From NCBI GenBank assembly GCA_022821645.1, contig JAJEDE010000010.1, positions 60,124-124,123 of the forward strand: a stretch of DNA of 64,000 nt. Reading direction: 5' to 3'. Position 1 is the first letter of the stretch. Every line of letters starts with the position of its first letter. The DNA comes from Chloroflexota bacterium. Lineage in GTDB: Bacteria > Chloroflexota > UBA11872. Below, piece after piece: positions 8,703 through 17,284 of the stretch. Made by a program: the position numbers and the translations under genes. Under the pieces are notes generated by a model, which saw only the letters and a program-made list of their open reading frames with translations, was not told the DNA's origin and did no database searches.

Positions 8703-9377
8703 ATGTGCGCGCGCTATAACTTGCACTCAAGCCCACAGGCGCTGGCTGAGTATTTTGATGTGGCTTCGTCGGATCTTCCTGAGACCCTTCCGCTACCTAA
8801 CTTCAACGTCGCGCCAACTCAGCAGGCGCCGGTGGTGCTTGACGGGCCGCGGCGCCTTGAGGTCATGCGTTGGGGGTTGATCCCAATCTGGGCCAAGGAT
8901 GTCCGAATCGGACGTCGAACAATCAACGCCCGGGCTGAAACGGTGGCCGAGAAACCTGCCTTCCGCGCCGCGTTTCGCAGTCGTCGGTGCCTGGTGCCGG
9001 CGGATGGGTTCTATGAGTGGACCGGGCCCCGCGGAAAACGCCGGCCCCTGAACATCCACCGAACCGACGGGCAGCCCCTGGCACTCGCAGGCCTTTGGGA
9101 ATCTCATGACGAGTTTGGGCGGACATTCACGATCATCACCACATCACCCAACGCGTATATGTCCGCGATCTACAGCCGCATGCCAGTAGTCCTTGAGCGG
9201 TGCAATTGGGACGCCTGGCTATCCGCGGACAATGAGGACCCGGGCTGGCGTACCGCACTACTTCGGCCCGCCGGCAACGGCGTGGTGACCGGTTACCTGG
9301 TCAACCCAGCCGTGAATTCGGTCGCCAACAACGGACCCGAACTAATTCGAACCGCAGAACCCGATCGCTTGCTCTAA
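8703..9377 (+). CDS. SOS-response-associated peptidase (SRAP/YedK family)
   Basis: From the internal ATG at 8703 the protein starts MCARYNL, placing the catalytic Cys at position 2. It contains RWGLIPIWAK and PADGFYEW motifs. The track ORF start (8649) would overlap the tRNA. Confidence 0.9.
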   Translation: MCARYNLHSSPQALAEYFDVASSDLPETLPLPNFNVAPTQQAPVVLDGPRRLEVMRWGLIPIWAKDVRIGRRTINARAETVAEKPAFRAAFRSRRCLVPADGFYEWTGPRGKRRPLNIHRTDGQPLALAGLWESHDEFGRTFTIITTSPNAYMSAIYSRMPVVLERCNWDAWLSADNEDPGWRTALLRPAGNGVVTGYLVNPAVNSVANNGPELIRTAEPDRLL

Positions 9378-9478
9378 GTCCCGACTTTGCGGCGCATGCA
9401 GCTGGCTAGCGGCCTGTGGCACGGCGCCAGTCCCTGGCAACTTCGCATCGCGGCCCCGGAGCAGGCGACTTTCGGGAG

Positions 9479-10411
9479 CTAGCCGACGAGGGCTTTTTCG
9501 CGTTGGATTTGCTCGTGTTCCTCCAGCCAGACCTTGAGGGGGACGTCGGCGTCGGAGGGTGAGGAGCGGCCGAACTCGTTGGTGGAGTGGCCCATCATCT
9601 GCTTGAGGATGGGGTGTGAGTCGTCGTACCACGCCTGCGGGTACTCCATGTCGTCGCGGGTGCGAATCCAGCGGTAGCCGTAGCCGTAGAAGAGCACCCG
9701 CCGGGTGACATCGGAGAAGTTTGGCGTGGCGGCGTGCCAGATGCGGCGGTCAAAGATGACGGCCGTGCCGGCCTTGACCTTGACGGGGATGGCGCCTTCG
9801 GGCTGGACGTCGCCTTCGCCGGGCTCGGGGAGGGTGTTGGAGAGCTGACTGCCCGGGACGACCCAGAAGTTGCCCATGCCCTCGTTGCTGACGTCGGTAA
9901 GGAAGTAGCCGACCTTCAGCGAGATTCGCGGGCGCGGGTTGGTTTCCATGTCGCGGTTCATCTGGCCGGAGTCCTGGTGCCAGCCCCAGGCGCGCGCGGA
10001 CGGATCGTAGACGCCGGGTTCCCTGCCGGTGACGGCCAGATGGGTGTGGTAGAGGTAGACGTTCCAGCCGAGGATGCCCCAGACCTTCGGCAGCAAGCGA
10101 TCGTGGGCCACCATGTCGAAGAACGAGCGGTCGAGATGCACGAAGCCCAGCTTGTTGATGCGCTGGGTGATGGTCTTGTCGGTGCGGCCTTCTTCGAGGA
10201 CGCCGCTTTCCATCAGGTCGTCGATGGTCTCGATCAGAGATTCCCGCAAATCGTCGGGAACGGCGTCCTCGACGACCAGGAAGCCGTCGCGCTCGAACGA
10301 TTCGCGCTCGTCGTCGGTCAGGGCGTATTGGAGACAACTGGGATCCATGTCCGGCCTCGATCCGTCCGGGTGCGGCAGTTCAGTATAGAAATAAGGGAGG
10401 CCAGCGGTCAC
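9479..10411 (-). CDS. phytanoyl-CoA dioxygenase (PhyH) family Fe(II)/2-oxoglutarate oxygenase
   Basis: 310 aa with a PhyH-like layout (FERDGFLVVEDAV, WHQDS, RIWHAATPN). The start could instead be the internal Met at 10348. Confidence 0.8.
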   Translation of the reverse strand: MTAGLPYFYTELPHPDGSRPDMDPSCLQYALTDDERESFERDGFLVVEDAVPDDLRESLIETIDDLMESGVLEEGRTDKTITQRINKLGFVHLDRSFFDMVAHDRLLPKVWGILGWNVYLYHTHLAVTGREPGVYDPSARAWGWHQDSGQMNRDMETNPRPRISLKVGYFLTDVSNEGMGNFWVVPGSQLSNTLPEPGEGDVQPEGAIPVKVKAGTAVIFDRRIWHAATPNFSDVTRRVLFYGYGYRWIRTRDDMEYPQAWYDDSHPILKQMMGHSTNEFGRSSPSDADVPLKVWLEEHEQIQREKALVG

Positions 10412-10432
10412 CTGGCAGGGCTGCCGGGTCCC

Positions 10433-10915
10433 TTAGCCCGCACCGCCCGCGTCGCCCGGCTGGGCGATGGTGACAACCCACTCACCCTCGGCGAGTTCAA
10501 CATTGAGCACGTATCTGCCAGCCGTGGTGATTCGGGCGGAGGCCCCTCCCTGACGACTGAGCGGCGGGATGATGCTGACCGGCGTGATGGGGTCGGCCTG
10601 AGGATCGTCCAACGAGCGAAGGGATGCGCTGAAAGGTGCGACCGTCCCGTCGTAGAGGGCCTGCACGACGACGAGGCCCTCGCGCAGTCCGAAGGCCTCG
10701 GTCTGGCCGGGTCGCAGGCCGTCGAACGAGATGGGACGGTCGATGGGCGCGACGGTTGGCGCGGGGGCCGATGGGGCCGTCGTCGAGTCGTCGGCCAGCA
10801 GGGCGCCAAGGACGGACGTCCGTTCCGGCGGCATGACGCCCGCCAGCGTGAGCGCCACAACGACGGCCAGCGCCAGCAGAACAAGCCCGAGCAAATACGA
10901 GTGCAGTCGCAGCAT
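10433..10915 (-). CDS. membrane-anchored or secreted hypothetical protein
   Basis: The internal ATG at 10915 gives MLRLHSYLLGLVLLALAVVVALTLAG, a signal or anchor sequence. The upstream part of the 280-aa track ORF is low-complexity. The gene lies 21 nt upstream of the PhyH gene. Confidence 0.55.
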   Translation of the reverse strand: MLRLHSYLLGLVLLALAVVVALTLAGVMPPERTSVLGALLADDSTTAPSAPAPTVAPIDRPISFDGLRPGQTEAFGLREGLVVVQALYDGTVAPFSASLRSLDDPQADPITPVSIIPPLSRQGGASARITTAGRYVLNVELAEGEWVVTIAQPGDAGGAG

Positions 10916-11072
10916 GGTTCGAGCGTGCGACGCCGACGAGATGTCCGTCAACGGTCTAACGGACCGCACGCGGCCGGCCACTGCGACATGAGGAACGGGC
11001 AGCGGGACGGGATTCGTCAGTGTCCACTCGGCGCTGCCACAATCGGATGAAACTCGCAGCGGGAGGGACGCG

Positions 11073-12848
11073 GTGCGGTACTTAGCCATCCTGGCCCATC
11101 GCGAAGTCTTGTTTGGCGGGTTGGCCGGGTTGCTGGCCGGGGTCGTGTTCGCGCTGGCGATGCAGGCCGAGCAGATGCGCGTGGAGGTGACCGGTCTGGC
11201 GGGAGTGTCGACCTCCGGCGCCGGGCTGGTTGTGCACCTGGCGCTAGCAACGCTGATCGGCGCTGTCGTTGGCATGCAGTACCGGCACGAGCCCGGCAGC
11301 TACGCGGCGCAGATCACGCTGGGTGTCACGTTCGGGCTGCTGGGCTGGATCCTGGGGCCGCTGACGATTCGACCGCTGGCGGAAGGGCAGATTCCCGACT
11401 GGTCCATCGCCGTGGCGTCGGCCGGGTTTCCCAGCCTGATGGGGCACATGCTGTACGGGGCGCTGACCATCGGCGGCCTGTACTGGGCCGTGGACCGATG
11501 GGGCGGCGGCGCCATGCTGGCCCGGCCTGGCGAGCGCGCGGAGGATCGCGTGCAGCGGATCGTGGTGCTGGGCGGCGGCTTTGGCGGGATGAGCGCGGCG
11601 CAGACGCTGGAGCGCATGACCCAGCGACGGCGGGACCTGGACGTCACGCTCGTCAGCCAGAGCAACTTCCTGCTGTTTACGCCAATGCTGGCGGAGGTGG
11701 CGTCCAGCGCGCTGGAAGCGCAGCACATCGCGGCCCCGATTCGGGCGGCGTGTCCCTTCACCAACTTCATTCACGGCGACGTAGAACGAATCGACACCGA
11801 GAAGCGCCAGGTGCTTGTGCACAGCCGCCGGTCGGCCGAGCCGCAGACGGTTCCCTACGACCACCTGGTGCTGGCGATGGGTTCGGTGCCGAACTTCTAC
11901 GGCCTGCCGGGATTGGCCGAGCACGCGATCACGCTGAAGACGCTGGAAGACGCGGTGGGCCTGCGGCACCGGGTCCTATCGCAGTTGGAGCGCGCCGATC
12001 ATGAGACGGACGTGGAGGTCCGACAGCGGCTGCTGACGTTTGTCGTGGCAGGCGGCGGGTTCGCGGGGGCGGAGACGATTGCCGAGCTGTTTGACCTGGT
12101 ATCGAGCGTGCGGCGGTATTACCAGAACCTGGGACCCGCGGACGCGCGGTTCGTGCTGGTGCATTCGCGTGACCGCATCCTGCCGGAACTTAGCGCGGAA
12201 CTGGGCGCATACGCGCTGGAGAAGCTCAGCGCGCGGGGGATCGCGTTTCGGCTGGGTCGCCGGGTCGCGGCGGCTGCCGACGGTTCGGTCACGCTGGACG
12301 ACGACACGGTGATCGCCTGCGAGACGTTTGTGTGGACGGCCGGGAATCAGCCGAACCCGCTGCTGAAGACCACAGGCGCCGAGAAGAATCGGGCCGGACA
12401 GGTTGTTGTCGACGCCACGCTGGCGGCTGCAGACACGCCGGGGCTGTGGGCGGTGGGCGACGGGGCGCAGATTCCGGACCTCACCAACGAGGGTCGGCCC
12501 TGTCCGCCGACGGCTCAGCACGCGCTGCGCCAGGGCAAGCGCGTGGCACAGAACATCCTGGCGACGATCGATGGCCGGACGCTGAAGCCGTTCCGATACC
12601 CGGCGACCGGATCGCTGGTGGGCCTGGGGCATCGAACTGCAGCCGCGGAGCTCTGGGGACACAAATTCTCCGGGCTCCTGGCCTGGTTTATGTGGCGGAC
12701 GATCTATCTCAGCAAGTTGCCGGGCCTGGAACGCAAGTCGCGAGTGGCGCTGGACTGGGCGCTGGACCTGGTGTTTCCGCGCGACATCGTGCTGACGACG
12801 GCGGCTGACGGCCGGTTCGGATCCGACGACCCGGAGCGCAAGTCATGA
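11073..12848 (+). CDS. type II NADH dehydrogenase (NDH-2)-like FAD oxidoreductase with an N-terminal 4-TM membrane module
   Basis: GTG start preceded by GGGAGGGA. Residues 1-150 are hydrophobic (4 predicted TM helices). RIVVLGGGFGGMSAA (first Rossmann fold), FVVAGGGFAGAE (second) and WAVGDGA are NDH-2 hallmarks. Confidence 0.85.
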   Translation: MRYLAILAHREVLFGGLAGLLAGVVFALAMQAEQMRVEVTGLAGVSTSGAGLVVHLALATLIGAVVGMQYRHEPGSYAAQITLGVTFGLLGWILGPLTIRPLAEGQIPDWSIAVASAGFPSLMGHMLYGALTIGGLYWAVDRWGGGAMLARPGERAEDRVQRIVVLGGGFGGMSAAQTLERMTQRRRDLDVTLVSQSNFLLFTPMLAEVASSALEAQHIAAPIRAACPFTNFIHGDVERIDTEKRQVLVHSRRSAEPQTVPYDHLVLAMGSVPNFYGLPGLAEHAITLKTLEDAVGLRHRVLSQLERADHETDVEVRQRLLTFVVAGGGFAGAETIAELFDLVSSVRRYYQNLGPADARFVLVHSRDRILPELSAELGAYALEKLSARGIAFRLGRRVAAAADGSVTLDDDTVIACETFVWTAGNQPNPLLKTTGAEKNRAGQVVVDATLAAADTPGLWAVGDGAQIPDLTNEGRPCPPTAQHALRQGKRVAQNILATIDGRTLKPFRYPATGSLVGLGHRTAAAELWGHKFSGLLAWFMWRTIYLSKLPGLERKSRVALDWALDLVFPRDIVLTTAADGRFGSDDPERKS

Positions 12849-14389
12849 CGCGCCGAAACGACCTGGCGGCCTGGCTGCTGGCCGGCGCGGTGGCCGGGCA
12901 GGTCGGCGGGGTGGTCTACGGCCTGGTGATGCGGCACCTGGGCGTCATCGAGTCCATTGCCGCGCTGGTCCGGCTGCCGCCTTCGGCGGTCGGCGGCTGG
13001 ATCGTGCACATGATCGTGGCGGGCGTCATTGGCGCGGGGTTCGCGGCGTTGATCCGCCGCCAGGAGCACAGCGCGGGCGACCTGCTGTTCTGGGGTCTGA
13101 TCTATGGCGCCGCCTGGTGGATCATCGGACCGCTGACGCTGGCGCCATTGCTTATCCGGCGCGAGGCGCTGGCCTGGGATCTGACCTCGGCGCAGGAGAC
13201 CTTTCCGATGCTGCTGGGGCACCTGCAGTACGGCGTGACGACCAGCCTGGCCTTGCTGGTCTGGCAGCGGTCAGCCTTTGAGCGGCCGACGGTTGGATGC
13301 GCGGTACGAGGCGTCCTGGCTGGCGTGGTCGCCGCCGCGCTGACCGGGAAGGCACTGGTGGACCAGGGGCTGCTGGGCCACTTTGTCGGAATCGGCGATC
13401 ACGCCCCCTCTGCCTCGCTGTGGCTGGGAGTGCTTGCGACCGGCGCGGTGAGCGGATTGGCGTTCGCGGCCGTGGTCCCAACGGTGCGCGACAGCGCGGG
13501 CGCGGCGCTGGTTCGAGGGTTCGTGTTCGGGTTCCTGGCCTGGATCCTGGTGCCGATGACGATCGTCGGGCTGGCCACCCGGGGCATGCTGCCGTGGGGC
13601 ATGGGGTTTGCTCACGATGCCTTTCCGGGGCTGCTGGCCTACCTGCTCTTCGGCGGAATCCTGGGGCTGGCCTACCAGTGGCTGAGCGTGGCGTGGCGAG
13701 TGCTGTTCGCCGAGACGACGGCGGACGAGGACGAGGGCTACGGTACCGAGGGGCTGCGGGCGCTGGGGCGCGGATCGGCGGCGGGAATCGCGGGTGGGCT
13801 GCTGTATACCGTGATGCTGGCGCGGCTCGGCTCGTTCGAGGGCATCGCCCAGCTGATGCGGGCCGACAACCCAGCCGTCGGGGTGCTGGTTCACGCCGTT
13901 GTCTCTGTGATCTGGGGCGCGGTGTACGGCCTGCTGTTTCGGCGACAGACGTACGGGATCGGGTCGGCGGTGGGCTGGGGCGTCGCGTTCGGGTTCTTTA
14001 TCTGGGTGGTTGGACCGAACACCCTATTCGCCGTGCTGACGGGGCAGACGCCGGACTGGTCGGCGGACAGCACGGCGCCGCGGACGGCTTCGCTGGTCGG
14101 GCACCTGGTGTACGGCGCGGTGCTGGGGGTGGGATTCCACTACTTCGAGTCGAGGCACAATCCCTGGTGGCAACCAAGGCGCGAGCGGCTGGAAGCTCGC
14201 GCGGATCAACGCCGCCGGCAGTTGCAGACTTCAGCGCCGGCGATCTGGGCGCTGGTGATGCTGGTTGCGCTGATGCTGCCGATCATCTTCGGCGGGTCCG
14301 ACGAGATGGGACGCAACGCCATGAGGGCGGAGTCCACGTCGAACGAGGAGCGCGGGCCGCCGATGGATGACATGCAGCCGATGCGGTGA
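12845..14389 (+). CDS. polytopic membrane protein made of three tandem copies of the module found at the NDH-2 N-terminus
   Basis: 514 aa, with an ATGA start/stop overlap with the NDH-2 gene. Three internal repeats (about aa 5-140, 150-285 and 305-440) share the GxxVH...GxxFGxxxWxxGP...FPxLxGHxxYG pattern. A further TM helix and a charged tail follow. Confidence 0.8.
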   Translation: MTRRNDLAAWLLAGAVAGQVGGVVYGLVMRHLGVIESIAALVRLPPSAVGGWIVHMIVAGVIGAGFAALIRRQEHSAGDLLFWGLIYGAAWWIIGPLTLAPLLIRREALAWDLTSAQETFPMLLGHLQYGVTTSLALLVWQRSAFERPTVGCAVRGVLAGVVAAALTGKALVDQGLLGHFVGIGDHAPSASLWLGVLATGAVSGLAFAAVVPTVRDSAGAALVRGFVFGFLAWILVPMTIVGLATRGMLPWGMGFAHDAFPGLLAYLLFGGILGLAYQWLSVAWRVLFAETTADEDEGYGTEGLRALGRGSAAGIAGGLLYTVMLARLGSFEGIAQLMRADNPAVGVLVHAVVSVIWGAVYGLLFRRQTYGIGSAVGWGVAFGFFIWVVGPNTLFAVLTGQTPDWSADSTAPRTASLVGHLVYGAVLGVGFHYFESRHNPWWQPRRERLEARADQRRRQLQTSAPAIWALVMLVALMLPIIFGGSDEMGRNAMRAESTSNEERGPPMDDMQPMR

Positions 14390-14431
14390 CGAGCTTGGAC
14401 CTCATCGGAGGCGATTCGGTCTGAAAAAAGG

Positions 14432-14467
14432 AGCCGCCGCAGGGTCCATTGAAACCCTGCGGCGGCT
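14432..14467. terminator. bidirectional intrinsic terminator candidate between convergent genes
   Basis: A 14-bp GC-rich stem (AGCCGCCGCAGGGT / ACCCTGCGGCGGCT) with an 8-nt loop. It is flanked by AAAAAAGG on the left, which gives a U-run for the minus-strand transcript. Confidence 0.6.
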
Positions 14468-14515
14468 TCCTTCAGTTCGACTCTGCCGCGAAGGTTCGCG
14501 GCGGCTCGATCCGCC

Positions 14516-15289
14516 TTACTCGGGGTAACCGACGGTGTTGCTCAGGGTGCCGTTGCCTTCCAGCTCGACTTCGGTTACGTCGCCGCTCTTCATGGGCTCG
14601 GTGCTGCCGGAGGTGCCGGTGAAGATGGCGTCGCCAGCCTCGAGCGTCATGTACGTCGAGACAAAGCTGACGATCTGCTCAACGTTGAAGATCAGCTCGC
14701 TGGTATTGGTGTGCTGAACCACTTCGCCGTTGACGCGCGTGGTCATTTCCAGGTTGCCGTAATCCAGGCCGGTGGTGACCCAGGGACCGAACGGCGAATA
14801 TGTGTCGGCGCCCTTACCGCGCCACCACTGGCTGTCCGGCTCGCCGTTGGTCTCACCGTTCTGCCAGATGCGCTCGCTGATGTCGTTAGCGGCGCAGACG
14901 CCCAGCACGTAGTCCTTGACTTCGTCCTCGCTGACCCGCGAACAGCGCTTACCGATGATGACGGCCATTTCGCCTTCGTAGTCGAGTCTCTCGCAGCCCT
15001 TCAGCCAAGCGATGGTTCCGCCGGGTTCGAGGACGGACGACGGTGGCGCCAGGAACGGCTGAGGTCGCGAGAAAGGCGGCGAGTCGCCCATGTGGCTCAG
15101 GTAGTTGCCCGCCAGGTTGACGATCTTGGTTGGCGAAGTGGGCGTGAGCAACTGCACGTCGGCCAGGGCCACCGTGTTGCCGGTGCGCTCCAGGTCGCCG
15201 AAGAGGTCGCCCGAGATTTCGGCGATGGTGTCGCCTTCAACGATTCCGTGGTGGACTTCGCCGTCCACGCTGTAACGCGCAAGGTGCAT
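14516..15289 (-). CDS. fumarylacetoacetate hydrolase (FAH) family protein
   Basis: The internal ATG at 15289 is preceded by GGAGG. The sequence MHLARYSVDGEVHHGIVEGD...DYEGEMAVIIGK...PFGPW is typical of FAH-domain hydrolases/isomerases. Confidence 0.85.
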   Translation of the reverse strand: MHLARYSVDGEVHHGIVEGDTIAEISGDLFGDLERTGNTVALADVQLLTPTSPTKIVNLAGNYLSHMGDSPPFSRPQPFLAPPSSVLEPGGTIAWLKGCERLDYEGEMAVIIGKRCSRVSEDEVKDYVLGVCAANDISERIWQNGETNGEPDSQWWRGKGADTYSPFGPWVTTGLDYGNLEMTTRVNGEVVQHTNTSELIFNVEQIVSFVSTYMTLEAGDAIFTGTSGSTEPMKSGDVTEVELEGNGTLSNTVGYPE

Positions 15290-15404
15290 GCTCTGCCTCC
15301 GAGTGCCATATCCCACAGTGACGGCGAAAGGATACCGCGCAATCCTCGGACGCTCTGTGCCGGGTGGCCAAAGCCCCTGCGAAAGCGGCGCTAGAAGCTC
15401 CTGA

Positions 15405-16334
15405 TCAGACCGGCCAGGCGCCGATCTTGCGCAGCGTGGCGTAGATCTCCAGCTGCTGGCGTTCCAGCGTTTCCCACTGCGCGGCGAAATCCACATCCGA
15501 CCAGTCGAAGAAGCCGCGGCCGGTTTTCAGCCCGAAATGCCCTTCCTCGACCAAGCGGCGAAGGACGGAATGCCCGCTGTCGGCGTTGCACAGGTCGGGC
15601 CAGACGCTCTCGGTGCCGTTGAGGGCGATTTCCAGGCCGGCCAGATCGCGGTCGCGGATAACGCCCATGAGCGGCATGCGAGGCGAGAAGGAGTAGGCGG
15701 TCAGCTCGTCAATGTCCTCGGCGGAAATGACGCCGCGGTCCACCAGGTCCAGCGCTTCGCGAAACAGAGCCTGGCGCAGGCGGTTGGCCACCTGTCCGGG
15801 GAGGTCCACGTTGATCCGGACGGGTCGCAGGCCGGCACCGCGCAGGAGGTCCAGGACGGCTTCGACGGTGGCTTCGCTTGTCAACTCACCCATCGTTACC
15901 TCAACCATCGGGCACAGGTAGGCGGGTCGGAAGAAGTGGGTTGTCGTGAAGCGGTCGGGGCGGCCGGTGGCATCGGCCATCAGGCGGATGGGAATGCTGG
16001 AAGTGTTGGAGGCCAGAAACGTCTCCGGGGACAGATGCGGCGCAAGGTCGGCGTAGACGGCACGCTTGACGTCCACGGACTCGGTGACGGCCTCGATTAT
16101 GAGGGCGGAGTGACCGACGTCGGCCAAGTGGGTCGTAAAAGTGAGCCGCTCAGGGACTGCCTCGGCCTGTTCAGCCGTGACCAGGCGGTACTCGACCATA
16201 AGTTCGAGATTGCGGGCGACCTTGCTGCGGGCGGCGTCGAAGGCGGCGGGGTCGGCGTCTAGGACGGTGACCTGGTGGCCGGCAAGGGCGAAGACCTGGG
16301 CGATGCCATGTCCCATGAGGCCGGCGCCGAGCAC
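15405..16334 (-). CDS. 3-hydroxyacyl-CoA (3-hydroxybutyryl-CoA) dehydrogenase family protein
   Basis: It has a GAGLMGHGIA Rossmann motif and a C-terminal 3HCDH domain (GFFDWS). The only canonical start (GTG at 16334) removes the beta-1 strand; see findings. Confidence 0.8.
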   Translation of the reverse strand: MLGAGLMGHGIAQVFALAGHQVTVLDADPAAFDAARSKVARNLELMVEYRLVTAEQAEAVPERLTFTTHLADVGHSALIIEAVTESVDVKRAVYADLAPHLSPETFLASNTSSIPIRLMADATGRPDRFTTTHFFRPAYLCPMVEVTMGELTSEATVEAVLDLLRGAGLRPVRINVDLPGQVANRLRQALFREALDLVDRGVISAEDIDELTAYSFSPRMPLMGVIRDRDLAGLEIALNGTESVWPDLCNADSGHSVLRRLVEEGHFGLKTGRGFFDWSDVDFAAQWETLERQQLEIYATLRKIGAWPV

Positions 16335-16545
16335 ACCGATGGGGGCGCGTTGATTAGCGATTGGGTGGACTTCCTGACAACGGTTTCAATCACGCCATGC
16401 TAGGCGCGGCGGTGCACGGCGACAACGTCATGCTCGTCCGAACATCGAGTCTTCGGCACCCCGAGCCGCGCGCTAGTCGGTCTGCGAAAGTCTGTCGGCG
16501 TCAGCTTGGTGGTAGGGTTGAATCCGGCCGGGGACGGCCTGTTCT

Positions 16546-16619
16546 TGGGGTATCGTCTAGTGGTAGGACGCGCGGCTCTGGACCGTGAAGCGGTGGTTCG
16601 AATCCATCTACCCCAGCCA
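16546..16619 (+). tRNA. tRNA-Gln (anticodon CTG)
   Basis: Folded by hand: acceptor TGGGGTA/TACCCCA, anticodon loop CTCTGGA, T-loop GGTTCGAATCC. CCA is encoded. Confidence 0.9.
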
Positions 16620-16702
16620 TTGCTACCGCGCCATGCGCTTCGGCCTCGAGCTTTGGCGAGTGACACCTCATCGCCCGCGTCAGCCGACAATCGAGGTGAG
16701 TT

Positions 16703-17284
16703 ATGTCAATCAAGTTGACATCCGGCGACGCGCTGCTGGTGGTTGACGTGCAGAACGACTTCTGTCCGGGCGGGGCGCTGGCGGTGGCGGACGGGGATGC
16801 GGTGGTTCCAGTGCTGAACGACTGGATTGCGGCCGCCCGGGAAAGCGGGGCTCGAGTTTTCGCCTCGCGCGACTGGCATCCGGTCGATCACCTGAGCTTT
16901 GCCGAGCGGGGCGGACTCTGGCCGGCGCACTGCGTGCAGGACACGCCGGGTGCGGCGTTCCATGTCGACCTGGAGTTGCCGGAGGACGCGGTGGTGGTGT
17001 CCAAGGCCGATGAAGCCGATCACGAGGCCTATTCGGCGTTCGACAGCGGGGAACTGACCGAGCATTTGCGCGCGGCCGGCATCCGGCGGTTGTGGGTGGG
17101 CGGACTGGCGACGGATTACTGCGTGAAGGCGAGCGTGCTGGACGCGACGCAGATCGCGGGGCTTGAAGTGCACGTGATCATCGACGCCATTCGCGCCGTG
17201 GACGTGACGCCCGGCGACGGCGAAGCGGCCCTAGACGCCATGCGCGAGGCCGGCGCGATCCTGGAGGATGCCGCGCCCGCATGA
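16703..17284 (+). CDS. pncA: nicotinamidase/pyrazinamidase (isochorismatase family)
   Basis: LLVVDVQNDFCPGGALAV, a WHP..H metal site and the catalytic Cys context GLATDYCV. Overlaps pncB by ATGA. Confidence 0.9.
   Translation: MSIKLTSGDALLVVDVQNDFCPGGALAVADGDAVVPVLNDWIAAARESGARVFASRDWHPVDHLSFAERGGLWPAHCVQDTPGAAFHVDLELPEDAVVVSKADEADHEAYSAFDSGELTEHLRAAGIRRLWVGGLATDYCVKASVLDATQIAGLEVHVIIDAIRAVDVTPGDGEAALDAMREAGAILEDAAPA

Noticed and set aside
8619-9400. tRNA-Gly as the attachment site of an integrated element
   Set aside because: No integrase gene was found, and I found no second copy of the tRNA 3' segment (GGTTCGAATCCCGTCTTCCGC) anywhere in the window.
9734-11050. 438-aa plus-strand ORF across the PhyH and secreted-protein genes
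   Set aside because: It is antisense to a well-supported PhyH gene and is a low-complexity Arg/Gly/Asp-rich translation with no motifs.
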